NCBI GenBank assembly: GCA_963809215.1
Contig: CAWEIJ010000002.1
Location: forward strand, 2,283,228 to 2,347,227
DNA: 64,000 nucleotides
Source: an uncultured Chloroflexia bacterium
GTDB taxonomy: Bacteria > Chloroflexota > Limnocylindria > Limnocylindrales > CSP1-4
Direction of reading: 5' to 3'
The first letter of the stretch is position 1, and each line of letters starts with the position of its first letter. The notes under the pieces were generated by a model. It did no database searches and was not told the origin of the DNA. It was given only the letters and a program-made list of their open reading frames with translations. Shown piece after piece: positions 1-9,951 of this stretch. Made by a program: the position numbers and the translations under genes.

Positions 1-329
1 GCGTCCCCGTCGCCGGTGACCACCCACACCATGAGCTCGGGGCGGGCCTCCTTGAGCCCGGTCGCGATCGTCGGCGCGCGACCGTGGATCGAGTGGAAGC
101 CGTACGTGTTCATGTAGTACGGCAGGCGCCCGGAGCATCCGATCCCGGAGATGAAGACGATGTTCTCCTTCGGCACGCCGAAGTCGGGCATCACCTTCTG
201 GGTCTGGGCGAGGATCGAGTAGTCGCCGCAGCCCGGGCACCAGCGGACCTCCTGGTCGCTGGCGAAGTCCTTTCGGGACAGCCTGATGGGAGACGCCTCG
301 AGGACGGACGGTGTGCGCTGGTCGGTCAT
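1..329 (-). CDS. korB: 2-oxoacid:ferredoxin oxidoreductase beta subunit (KorB-like), N-terminal part; continues past window start
   Basis: Reverse translation from ATG at 329 gives [51 protein letters not shown]...[30 protein letters not shown]. This has the CPGCGDY and GIGCS motifs typical of KorB. It starts 10 nt after the korA stop. Confidence 0.85.
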   Translation of the reverse strand, partial: MTDQRTPSVLEASPIRLSRKDFASDQEVRWCPGCGDYSILAQTQKVMPDFGVPKENIVFISGIGCSGRLPYYMNTYGFHSIHGRAPTIATGLKEARPELMVWVVTGDGD

Positions 330-339
330 CTCTGTCGCC

Positions 340-2194
340 TCACCGGTCTCCGAGCACCTGCTCGGCCTTCGCCTGGATCTCGCGGATCGTGAACGGCTTG
401 CCGCGGACGAGGTTGAAGCCCTCCGCGTCCACGAGGAACATCGACCGGATCAGCATGCGGAGCTGGCCCATGTTGAGCTCGGGGATCAGGACGTGGTCGA
501 AAGCGCGGACCACGTCGCCGGTGTTCGCCGGGAACGGGTTCAGGTGGCGCAGGTGCGCGTGGGCGACCTTTCGGCCCGAGTCCTGGAGTCGCTCGACCGC
601 GCTCCGGATTGCGCCGTAGGTGCTGCCCCACCCGAGGATCAGGAGCTCGCCCTCGGGCGGCCCGAAGACCTCGAGCGGCGGGATGTCGCGAGCGATCCGC
701 GCGATCTTCTCCGCGCGCAGCTGCTGCATCCGGTGGTGGTTCTCCGGGTCGTAGCTGATCGTGCCGAGTCCGTCGAGCTTCTCGAGCCCGCCGATCCGAT
801 GCTCCAGGCCTGGGGTTCCCGGCACCGCCCAGGGCCGGGCGAGCGTCTGGGGGTCGCGCTCGTACGGGAAGAAGCCCGCCCGGTCCGTGCGGTTGGGGAC
901 GCGCAGGTCCGGCAACGCGTCAAGGTCCGGGATCCGCCACGGCTCGGAGCCAGTGGCCAGGAACGCGTCGGACAGGTAGACCACCGGGGTCATGTGGTGG
1001 AGCGCGATCCGCCAGGCCTCGATGGCGTAGTCGAAGCACTCGGCCGGCGTCGCCGGGGCGACCACGGGTATCGGCGAGTCGCCGTTGCGGCCGAAGAGCG
1101 CCTGCAGCAGGTCGCTCTGCTCGGTCTTCGTGGGCATCCCGGTCGACGGACCCGCGCGCTGGACGTCGATGACGACGAGCGGCAGCTCCACCATCACGGC
1201 CAGGCCGAGCATCTCTGCCTTGAGGGCCATCCCCGGGCCCGACGTCCCGGTGAGGCCCATCGCGCCACCGTAGCTGGCGCCGAGCGCGGCCCCGATGGCC
1301 GCGATCTCGTCCTCCGCCTGGAACGTCTTCAGCCCGAAGTTCTTCCAGCCCGAGAGCTGGTGGAGGATCTCCGAGGCCGGCGTGATCGGATACGAGGCAT
1401 ACACGAGCTGTCGGTCGGCGAGCTTCGCGGCCGTGAGCTGGCCGAGCGCCGTGGCCTCGTTGCCGGTGATGTTGCGGTAGGTTCCGGGCGCCAGGTTCGC
1501 GGGTGCGACCCGGTAGGTGGTGTGGAAGATCTCGGTCGTCTCGCCGAAGGCGTACCCGGCATTGAGCGCCCGGCGGTTGGCTTCGGCGATGATCGGCCGG
1601 CCGCCGAACTTCTCCTCGATCCAGGCGAGGGTGGTCTCCATGCTCCGCCCGTAGAGCCAGAACATGATCCCGAGCGCGAAGAAGTTCTTGGTCAGGTCGA
1701 CCTGCTTGGAGGTCATGTCCAGCCCGTCGAGCGCCCGCGCGTTGAGGGTCGAGACGGGGATGTCGAAGACCGTGAAGGAGCGCAGCGAATCGTCGGTCAG
1801 CGGGTTCATCGCGTAGCCGGCCTTTGCCAGGTTCGGGGGCGTGAACGCGTCGCTGTTGACGATGATCGCGCCGCCGGGCGCCAGGTCGCGGAGGTTGGCA
1901 CGCAGGGCGGCAGGGTTCATGGCCACAAGGACGTCCGGGGCGTCGCCAGGCGTGTGGATCTCGCTCGAGCTGAACGAGATCTGGAAGCCCGAGACGCCGG
2001 GGATCGATCCGGCCGGCGCGCGGATCTCCGCCGGGTAGTCCGGGCAGCGTGCTGATGTCGTTGCCGAACACGGCCGCGGTCCGGGAGAACTGCGTGCCCG
2101 TGAGCTGCATCCCGTCGCCGGAGTCGCCGGCGAAGCGGATGGTGACGCGGTCCAGCTCCTGGACCGGCACCTCGTGGCCCTTCGTGATCGTCAC
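340..2194 (-). pseudogene. korA: 2-oxoacid:ferredoxin oxidoreductase alpha subunit (KorA-like), one frame break near 2041
   Basis: The 340..1926 frame carries the body (..[47 protein letters not shown]..). The N-terminus [51 protein letters not shown] is in the 920..2194 frame. The two join as ..STLP|[15 protein letters not shown].. only if 1 nt is removed near 2041. Confidence 0.85.
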
Positions 2195-2429
2195 GGGACC
2201 TCGCGCTCCTCCTGCGTGTCACGCCGGCGCACCCGCGGGATCGGCGAGGCGCGGGCCGGTCCGCCAAGGGTACCGTACGGATGATCGTGCGTCCGGCGGG
2301 CGTCGGGCGCCGACTCGGTCGTCCGTCGCACCCGCTCATGCTGGCGGTGGCGTGCCCGCGCCCCGGACCCACCGCAGCTGCGCTGCGGGGACCGTTCGGG
2401 CGCTCGCGCGCTTTGCTAGGCTCGGACCG

Positions 2430-3392
2430 ATGGACCGTCGCCGCCTGCTGGGGATTGCCCTGGCGGCAATCTCCGCCTGCGGCTATGGGTCGGGTCCCCT
2501 CTTCGCGAAGAGCGTCTACGGGTCCGGCCTCGACTGGCTCGCCCTCCTCTACTGGCGGTTCCTGCTCGGGGGCCTGCTCGTCTGGGCGTGGACGCTCCTT
2601 TCGCCGGCGAATCGTGCCGGCCTGCGGGCACTGCCGCGGCGACGCGCCGTCGCGCTCCTCGGGCTCGGCGCGTTCTTCGTGGGCAACGCGGGGACGTACT
2701 ATGCCGGGCTCCAGTACATCTCGGCGTCGCTGGCGTCGCTCATCGTGTACATCTACCCGGCCCTGGTGGCGGTCCTGTCCATCCGCTTCGGGCACGGGCT
2801 GCAGGGTCGGCGACCGTGGGCCGCGCTCGGCGTCGTGACGCTCGGGGTCGCGCTGACGCTGGGCGGGATCGAGACGCGGGCCGATCCCGTGGGGCTCACC
2901 CTGATCGTCGCGTCCCCGTGCATCTACGCCGTCTACATCATCCTGGCGGCCCGCCTGGCCGGTGAGCGGCGCGGCGAGACGGCCAACGACCGGACGGGTG
3001 GCGACGGCGCCGAGACGCGCCCGGCCGTGGCGGCGGCCGTCATGCTCAGCGCGACGTTCGCCGTCGTCGCGCTGATGGCCGCCGCTGCCGGCGAGCCGAC
3101 CGTCCCGTGGCTCGTTCCCGGCGAGGCCTGGTTCGGCCTGGCGGGGATCGCCGTCTTCTCCACGGCCGTGGCGATCTCCGCGTTCTACGCGGGAACCGCC
3201 CGGATCGGTGCCGCCCAGGCCGCGCTCGTCTCGACCGTGGAGCCGGTCTGGACGATCACGCTGGCCACGCTCCTGTTCGGCGAGCGCCTCTCGTCCGTGC
3301 AGCTGGTCGGGGGCTTCCTCGTGATCCTGGGCGTCATCGTGGCCCAGACGACGCCCGGCGCAACGCCGTCGGCGGTCCTCGAGGAGGCCTGA
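2430..3392 (+). CDS. EamA/DMT-family membrane transporter
   Basis: It runs from MDRRRLLGIALAAISACGYGSGPLFAK within ORF 2049..3392. It has about 10 hydrophobic segments and a two-fold EamA-like architecture. The upstream part of the ORF is Arg/Pro-rich junk. Confidence 0.75.
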   Translation: MDRRRLLGIALAAISACGYGSGPLFAKSVYGSGLDWLALLYWRFLLGGLLVWAWTLLSPANRAGLRALPRRRAVALLGLGAFFVGNAGTYYAGLQYISASLASLIVYIYPALVAVLSIRFGHGLQGRRPWAALGVVTLGVALTLGGIETRADPVGLTLIVASPCIYAVYIILAARLAGERRGETANDRTGGDGAETRPAVAAAVMLSATFAVVALMAAAAGEPTVPWLVPGEAWFGLAGIAVFSTAVAISAFYAGTARIGAAQAALVSTVEPVWTITLATLLFGERLSSVQLVGGFLVILGVIVAQTTPGATPSAVLEEA

Positions 3393-3412
3393 GCGGGCGT
3401 AGGCTTGGCGGC

Positions 3413-4240
3413 ATGGTCGAGATCGAGACGCTCCCGGCGCGCGACGGCACCCCGCTCCTGACCCGGCATTGGCCGGTCGCGAGCGTCCCGTGGGCGACGA
3501 TCCTGGTGGTGCATGGCCTGGGCGAGCATTCGGGGCGCCACGAGGCCACGGCCGGCCGATTCGCAGCAGCCGGGATCGCCGCTGCCTCGTACGACCACCG
3601 CGGATTCGGCGCGTCCGCCGGGCGGCGCGCGGACATCGAGCGGTGGCCGAGCTACCTCGACGACATCGAGGACCGACTCGCCGCGTCGCGGCGGCCGGGC
3701 CTCCCGTCCGCGATCTATGGCCACTCCCTCGGCGGCCTCCTCGTCGCCGACTTCCTGCTCGACGGCCGCGGGCTTCCGGACGTCGCGATCCTCTCGTCCC
3801 CCGCGCTCGGATCGAAGGTCGGCCCGGCGCTCCGGCGGGCGTCGCCGCTCCTCGGCGCGATCCTGCCGCGGATCGCCGTCGACAACCCGTGGGACGGGGC
3901 CGAGCTCTCGCGCGACCCCTCGATCGGGGCGGCCGTGGATGCCGACCCCCTGTGCGAGTCACGGACGACGTTCCGCCTGGCCCGCGGCGTCTTCTCCGCG
4001 ATGGACCGTGTCGAACGCCGGCTCGCCGCGCAGGGCGGCTTCCCGCTCCCCGTCCTCCTGGTCCACGGCGGCGCGGACCTGCTCGTCCCGACCGCGGCGA
4101 CCGCGTACGCGGGAGGGTACCCGTCCGTCGAGCGCCGGGTCTACCCGGACGTGCGCCACGAGCCGCACCACGACCCGATCGTCGGGGGACGGATCGTCGA
4201 CGACATGATCGGCTGGCTCCGGGAGCGCCTGGCGCCCTGA
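3413..4240 (+). CDS. alpha/beta hydrolase (lysophospholipase / monoacylglycerol-lipase-like)
   Basis: It runs from MVEIETLPARDGTPLLTRHW within ORF 3107..4240. Motifs seen: HGLGEHSGR, the GHSLGG nucleophile elbow, and a C-terminal VHGGADLLV..HEPHHD. Confidence 0.75.
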   Translation: MVEIETLPARDGTPLLTRHWPVASVPWATILVVHGLGEHSGRHEATAGRFAAAGIAAASYDHRGFGASAGRRADIERWPSYLDDIEDRLAASRRPGLPSAIYGHSLGGLLVADFLLDGRGLPDVAILSSPALGSKVGPALRRASPLLGAILPRIAVDNPWDGAELSRDPSIGAAVDADPLCESRTTFRLARGVFSAMDRVERRLAAQGGFPLPVLLVHGGADLLVPTAATAYAGGYPSVERRVYPDVRHEPHHDPIVGGRIVDDMIGWLRERLAP

Positions 4241-4258
4241 GGCGGCGACGCTGTGCGG

Positions 4259-4291
4259 GCACGGGCGCGGCACGGGCGCGGCACGGGCGCG
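4259..4291. repeat. 11-nt tandem repeat GCACGGGCGCG x3 in the convergent intergenic region
   Basis: Direct reading; it lies between the hydrolase stop (4240) and the proline dehydrogenase stop (4353). Confidence 0.7.
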
Positions 4292-4352
4292 GGCGAGGCG
4301 CGGCGCGAGGCCGCGGGCGCGGCGCGGCCTGACGCCACGCTCGCGTCGGTCC

Positions 4353-5321
4353 TCAGGCCGCCGGCCGACGACCTTCCTTGAGCAGGCTCCGGAGGAGGAA
4401 GGCAACGTTCGCCGGCTTCTCCGCCAGGCGCCGCATGAAGTACGGGTACCATTCCGTCCCGTACGGCACGTAGACGCGGACATGCTGCCCGCGGCGCAGC
4501 AGCTCTGCCTGGAGGTCGCGCCGGACACCGTAGAGCATCTGGAACTCGTACCGGTCGGGCGCGATGCCCTCCGCGTCGGCGAAGCGGAGCAGGCGCCCGA
4601 TCAGCCGCCCGTCGTGGGTCGCAAGCGCGGGGTGCGTCCCGTCGCGCATGAGCCGGCGGGCCAGCGACTCGTACGCCTCGTCCACGCCCTCGCGCTCGCG
4701 AAACGCGACGGAGGCCGGCTCGTTGTACGCGCCCTTGCAGAGCCGAACCTGGGCGCCCTCGGCGATGAGCGCGTCGACGTCAGCCGCGCTCCGGCGCAGC
4801 GCGGCCTGGATCACCACGCCGGTCGCGGGGTTGACCGATCGCAGGTCGCGCCAGACGCGCAGCGTCCGATCGGTCTTCGTGTGGTCCTCCATGTCGATCC
4901 GCACGAACGCCCCGAGCTCGGCCGCGGCCCGCATCACGCGGGCGACCGTCTCGCGGCAGATCTCCTCCGAGATGTCGAGGCCCATCTGGGTCAGCTTGAG
5001 GCTCACGTTCCTGTCCAGGTCGCGACCCGCGAGCGCCGCGAGCGTCTCCTCGTACCGACCGGCGGCTGCCGCGCAGGCCTCCGCCGACGAGACCGACTCG
5101 CCCAGGACGTCGACCGTCGTCGCGAATCCACCATCGCGGAGCCGCTGGAGTGCCTCGACCACTTCGGGCAGCGTCTCGCCGGACACGAACCGGCCGACCA
5201 TCGGGCGCGTGATCGGGACGCGGACGGCGAGGCGGCCAAGGGACCGGCGGTGCGAGAGGCCGGTGAAGATCGAGCGCAGCGCACGCTCGGGAGCGTCGCG
5301 GAACGCGCCGGTCGCGGTCAT
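4353..5321 (-). CDS. proline dehydrogenase (monofunctional PutA-like)
   Basis: It runs from MTATGAFRDAPERALRS within ORF 4353..5861. Diagnostic tail: ..RLCKGAYNEP..ATHD..EFQMLYGVRRDLQ..RVYVPYGTEWYPYFMRRLAEKPAN. Confidence 0.85.
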   Translation of the reverse strand: MTATGAFRDAPERALRSIFTGLSHRRSLGRLAVRVPITRPMVGRFVSGETLPEVVEALQRLRDGGFATTVDVLGESVSSAEACAAAAGRYEETLAALAGRDLDRNVSLKLTQMGLDISEEICRETVARVMRAAAELGAFVRIDMEDHTKTDRTLRVWRDLRSVNPATGVVIQAALRRSAADVDALIAEGAQVRLCKGAYNEPASVAFREREGVDEAYESLARRLMRDGTHPALATHDGRLIGRLLRFADAEGIAPDRYEFQMLYGVRRDLQAELLRRGQHVRVYVPYGTEWYPYFMRRLAEKPANVAFLLRSLLKEGRRPAA

Positions 5322-5455
5322 CGTCCTGCCCCGGGCGCCCGGGCGACGAGCCCGGCGGCGGCGCGGGCCGCGCGCCAGGTTCGCAGCGACATCGGGACGC
5401 CTCCTTGGTCGGCGGTCATTGCCGCCGTTGCCGTGCAAGGCTACCGCGCTGCGGC

Positions 5456-5896
5456 TCAGCGATCCGGGTCCATCCGCACGCTGCCGACGAGGGCGACCAG
5501 CACGGCACCCATCGCCAGGAGCCAGCTGACGAGCGCGAGCGCACCGCCCGCCCACAGGAGGATCACGAGCCCGCCGGTCGTCATCCGGGCCCGCGCGCCG
5601 AACGGCGCCGCGACCATCCCGGCCAGCACCGCGGTCGCGACCAGCAGCCCGATGCCCCCGACGCGCAGGCCCGTGGCAAGCATCCCGGCGTCGAGCGTGC
5701 CGGCCCCGGTGATCGCCGCCCCGCCGGCCAGGAGCGCGTAGCCCGCGAGCGCGGCGGGCACGACACCGGGCAGTCCGACCGCGCCTCCGCCCCGGGCGCG
5801 AGGGCCCGCCGGATGCGGTCGCGCGACGAGGGCCAGGAGCGCGCCGGCTGCCGCGGCACACGAGAGCAGGACCGCGAGGCGGGCGATCGTCCCCAT
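5456..5896 (-). CDS. hypothetical integral membrane protein
   Basis: ORF 5456..5896 has four Ala/Gly/Leu-rich hydrophobic segments. It sits in an operon between the S9 peptidase stop (5902) and the proline dehydrogenase. Confidence 0.5.
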   Translation of the reverse strand: MGTIARLAVLLSCAAAAGALLALVARPHPAGPRARGGGAVGLPGVVPAALAGYALLAGGAAITGAGTLDAGMLATGLRVGGIGLLVATAVLAGMVAAPFGARARMTTGGLVILLWAGGALALVSWLLAMGAVLVALVGSVRMDPDR

Positions 5897-5901
5897 GCCG
5901 G

Positions 5902-8179
5902 TCAGCCCGACGGCGGCGGCAGCTCCCCGGCGAGGTGCAGCTTCAGCCAGCCGAGGATCCGGCCGAAGGCGTCGCGGCGGTTCTCGCGCCGCTCCCAGCC
6001 GTGCGCCTCGTCGGCGTACCAGTGCACCTCGTGGTACTTGCCCTCGATCTCGAGCGCCTCGACCATCTTCTCGGTCATGAGCGGGACGACCCGGCGATCC
6101 TTCCGCCCATGGAGCAGGAGGAGTGGCGCCTCGATGCGCTCGGCGCGATAGAGCGGCGAGCCACGCCGGTAGAGCTCGGCCTTCTCGGGATCGTCCGGCG
6201 TCCCCATCATTCGCTCCAGGTCGATGCGGCCGACCCGGTCGCCGTGTCGATAGCTCTCCGCGATCTCGGAATCACCGAAGAGGTCGACGCCCGCAGCCCA
6301 CATGGACGGCTCCTCCACGAGCGCGCAGAGCGTCAGGTAGCCACCGTACGACCCGCCGTACATGGCGAGCTTGCCGTTCGACCAGGGCTGGGCGCTGGCC
6401 CAGCGCGCCGCGTCGATGACGTCATGGACGTCGGCGTGGCCCCATTCGTCCGCGGTTCGCGTGGCGGAATTCGCGCCCGTACCCGGTGGAGCCGCGGAAG
6501 TCGACGGACAGGTACGCGAAGCCTTCCTGGACCAGCAGCTCGCGGAACGGGACCCACTCCCGGAACGCCTGCCACGTCGGCCCACCGTGAACATGGACCA
6601 CCGTCGGAACCGTGATCCCGCCCCGCCGCCCCGTTGCGGCCGCAGGCCGCCAGAGCGTGACGGGGACCTGGAGCCCGTCGCGCGCCCGGATTCGGCGATG
6701 CTCCGCCTCGACGAAGCCACGCTGCGGAAGCGCGGCCGGGCGACTCTGGGTCAGGCGCCGGGGACGCCGAGCGATGATCCCGTCCGGGCCGGGGGCCGGC
6801 AGGATCCAGAGGTCCTCCGGCTCGCGGGTCGACTCGCCGATCGCGAGGATTCCGCTGCCGTCGGGAAGCCAGTCGACCGCCAGCCAGACCCCGTCGAACG
6901 GGTCGATGCGGACCGGGGCGCCGGCGCCGGGCGGGAGGGCGGCGACCGGATGCTTCGGCGGTCGGCCCGGTCTCCGCTTCACCGGGACCGCGGCCGCAAT
7001 CGGAGCCACGTGGAGCTCCTGGAGCCCGTCGCGGATGACCGCGTGGACGAACCGGGTCCCGTCCGGTGACGGGATCGGGGCGATCCCGAAGATCGCGCCC
7101 GGGGCGCCATGCTCGACGGCGCCCGAGGTGAGGGCGATCCGGCCCGTGCCGTCCGCGTTGATGCGCGCGACCTGGAACCAGCCGTCCGCGTCGCCGACGA
7201 AGAGGAGTCCGCTCCCATCCGGGAGCCATCGTGCCCCTGTCGCCCACTCGGCGGCCCCGGCGATGGTCCGTTCCTCGCCCGATGCGAGATCGAGGATCGT
7301 GACCTGGTTCGTGAGGAGGTCCGGCTGGCGCTGCGCGGTGATCGCCAGGCAGCTCCCGTCGGGCGACCAGGCGATGGCGTCCACGTCCACCCCGATGGGC
7401 GTGATCGCGCGCGCGTCGGGCGCGACCGGGCGCGTAGCCGGCCGGCCCCGGTGCGGGAGGTTCGCGTCCTGGATCCAGACCTGGCTCCATCCGCGACGGC
7501 GCGAGATGAAGGCGATCCGGCGCCCATCGGGCGCCCAGCGTGGCGCCCGGCTGCCCGCCGGGTGATCCGTCACGACGGCCGGCCGGCTGCCGTTCGCGCC
7601 GATCACCCAGACCGTGTCGTCCCGCACGTAGGCAAGGTGCGCGCCGTCGGGCGCCCACTGGGGATCCGAGACGGCCTTCTCCGATGCCGTGAGCTGGCGG
7701 GTCGCGCCGTTCCGCAGGTCGAGGATGAAGACCTGCCGCGCCCCGCCCGCCTCCGCCGTGTACGCCACGCGCCGCCCATCGGGTGACAGCCGCGGCTCGC
7801 GCGGCGAGTCGCTGGCCACGATCTGCTCGATCGTCAGTCGGTCGCGACGCGGGGCGGGCGCGGGCACCGATCCCGACCGCCCGGCGGGAGGCTGTCGGGC
7901 GACCCGCCGACGTCGCTGCGCATCGGCGGGACCGGGAGTCGTGGCCGCAGGCGTCGCGTCGGCCCGCGGCCCGGACGCCGGGAGAACCGGAGCGGCCGGC
8001 ACGCCATCGGGAGCCGGCTTCGGGCGGTTCTTCGAGCCGGGTGGCCGTCCCCGGCGCCGTTGCGGCGGCGCGATCGTGCCGGTGACCGCTGCCACGATAT
8101 CGATGCCGGCGGCTTCGAGCGCGGTCTCTGCGCTCGGGAGGAGGTCGTCGTCGGAGGGCTCGGAGCGTCCGGGAGGCAT
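5902..8179 (-). pseudogene. S9-family serine peptidase (prolyl oligopeptidase / dipeptidyl aminopeptidase-like) with beta-propeller, one frame break near 6445
   Basis: It has propeller repeats (SPDGRRVAY, APDGAHLAY, APDGRRIAF, SPDGSCLA, LPDGSGLLF), the GGSYGGY nucleophile elbow, and HGRKDRRV / DEAHGW. Frames 6422..8740 and 5902..6720 join as ..GYGREFRHANRG|EWGHADVHDV... The ATG at 8179 (MPPGRSEPSDDD) is in frame. Confidence 0.8.
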
Positions 8180-8187
8180 CGGCCGGG

Positions 8188-9081
8188 TTATACCACGCCG
8201 CGGAGGTCCGTCTCCCGCTCCCCGCGCACGGGCGGAGGGTCGACCCGCACGAACGTCTCCCAGCCCAGGAACCGCTCCACCATCTCGCGCGGCGCGTCGG
8301 CCCAGCTGCCGTCGCGCATCTGGCTCGCGTGCGCGGCCAGCGCGGCGAGCTTGCGGTCGAGGACGCTCCGGACGTCGACGATCGTCGTGACCTCCTCGTC
8401 GGGACGGGCGAGCTCCACGAAGCGCCGCTGCTGGAGGAGGTCGTCCTCGCTCGGCGGCGGGGCCTCGGTGCCACCGCGCATCGCCGCGAACGCCTCCTGG
8501 ACGCGCCCCATCTCCTCGAGACCGCTCCGCGGGATCGCCTGGTGGTAGAGGACGCGGGGACCGCCCGGCCTGCGCGCGGCGCGCCGATACGCCTCGGTCG
8601 CCCGGGCGGACGCCGTCACGTGGTCGGGGTGGCCGTAGATGCCGCCCGGATCGAAGGTGAGGACGACGGCGGGACGGAGCTGGTCGAGGATCGCCTCGAG
8701 GCGAGCCACGACCTCCTCTGCGTCCGCGGTCGCGAAGCACGCCGCCGGCCGGGGCCAGTTCTCCATCCCGCTGTCGCGGTAGCCCAGGAAGATCGGCTCA
8801 GCGACGCCAAGGGCGGCCATCGCCGCCCGCAGCTCGCCGCGGCGCAGCTCCCGGTCGAGCTCCCGCGCGCCTTCGACCCCGCCGAGGTCGCCATCCGTCG
8901 CGCAGACAAGGTTCGTGGGCACGCCGCGCGCAGCCGCCAGGGCCAGGACGCCGCCGACGCCGAACGACTCGTCGTCCGGGTGGGCGAAGATCGCCAGGAG
9001 ACCGCGTGGGGGGCGGGTTCCCGCGTCGCTCACGTGCTCGCGCGCCCTCGACGGTCGAGCGTCACCGGGCCGGCCGGCCAT
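8188..9081 (-). CDS. PIG-L / LmbE-family N-acetylglucosaminyl deacetylase-like protein
   Basis: It is the C-terminal part of ORF 8188..9303. Motifs: LLAIFAHPDDESFGVGG and GHPDH. The start is uncertain: ATG at 9081 (20-nt overlap with proC) or GTG at 9033. Confidence 0.75.
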   Translation of the reverse strand: MAGRPGDARPSRAREHVSDAGTRPPRGLLAIFAHPDDESFGVGGVLALAAARGVPTNLVCATDGDLGGVEGARELDRELRRGELRAAMAALGVAEPIFLGYRDSGMENWPRPAACFATADAEEVVARLEAILDQLRPAVVLTFDPGGIYGHPDHVTASARATEAYRRAARRPGGPRVLYHQAIPRSGLEEMGRVQEAFAAMRGGTEAPPPSEDDLLQQRRFVELARPDEEVTTIVDVRSVLDRKLAALAAHASQMRDGSWADAPREMVERFLGWETFVRVDPPPVRGERETDLRGVV

Positions 9082-9925
9082 CGCCCGAGTTGACCGACGC
9101 CTCGAGCTCCTCGCCCAGCTCGACGGTCCGCCGGTACGCCGCCCAGACCGCCTCGGAAAGGACCGTCCGCAGTCGCCCGGATTCGAGCTCGTGAAGCGCC
9201 GCTGCGCTGGTCCCGCCGGGCGACGTGACCATGTTCCGCAACACGGCAGGGTGCGTGCCGGACGCCTTGGCGAAGAGCGCGCTCCCCTCGAGCGTCTCGA
9301 CAACGAGGTCGTGGGCGACGTGGCGCGGGAAGCCGAGGTGGACGGCGGCGTCCACGAGCGCCTCCATCACGAGGAAGACATACGTCGGGCCCGTCCCGGA
9401 GACGGCCGTGGCCATCGCCACGAACCGCTCGTCGTCGACCTCGATCTCCACGCCGAGCGCGGACAGCAGCGCCTTCGCCTGGGCGCGCTGGTCGAGCGTC
9501 GTCTCCGGCGTCGCGTACCAGACCGTCATCCCGCGGCCCAGCTGGGCAGGCGTGTTCGGCATGCTCCGCACCAGCTCACGGTGGCCGAGGAGGCCGGCGA
9601 GCGCGGTGGTCGTGGCGCCCGCGATGATGCTCAGGACCAGCTGCCCGGGGCGGAGGTGCGGCCCGATCTCGCGGCCGACGCGGGCGAGCATCTGCGGCTT
9701 CACCGCCAGGACGACGATGTCCGCTCCCTCGACGGCGGCCACGTTGCTCGCCGTGACGCGGATGCCGTGGGCGGCCGCAAGCTCATCGCGGCGATCGGCG
9801 CGGGGGTGGCTCGCGACGACGTTGCCGGGATCCACGAGCCTTCCGCGGATGAGCCCGGCGATCATGGATTCCGCCATCACGCCCGTCCCGACCGTGGCGA
9901 GCGTGCGTCCTTCGAGCGGTGACAT
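9062..9925 (-). CDS. proC: pyrroline-5-carboxylate reductase
   Basis: ORF 9062..9925: ..VGTGVMAESMIAGL..VLAVKPQ..RSMPNTPAQLGRGMTVW..TAVSGTGPTYVFLVMEAL..MVTSPGGTSAAAL. Confidence 0.9.
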   Translation of the reverse strand: MSPLEGRTLATVGTGVMAESMIAGLIRGRLVDPGNVVASHPRADRRDELAAAHGIRVTASNVAAVEGADIVVLAVKPQMLARVGREIGPHLRPGQLVLSIIAGATTTALAGLLGHRELVRSMPNTPAQLGRGMTVWYATPETTLDQRAQAKALLSALGVEIEVDDERFVAMATAVSGTGPTYVFLVMEALVDAAVHLGFPRHVAHDLVVETLEGSALFAKASGTHPAVLRNMVTSPGGTSAAALHELESGRLRTVLSEAVWAAYRRTVELGEELEASVNSGDGRPAR

Positions 9926-9951
9926 CCGCGCGAGTGTACCCGGCGCGCCCG

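Noticed and set aside
1917-4262. 781-aa minus-strand ORF, the longest in this part of the track
   Set aside because: Its composition is almost entirely Arg/Pro/Gly/Ala/Ser with no family-like motifs. It lies antisense to well-supported genes (EamA transporter, hydrolase). This is the typical stop-codon-poor antisense frame of very GC-rich DNA. The same reasoning applies to 6333..8474, 19700..21916, 21888..23540, 52688..54175, 53850..55868 and similar ORFs.
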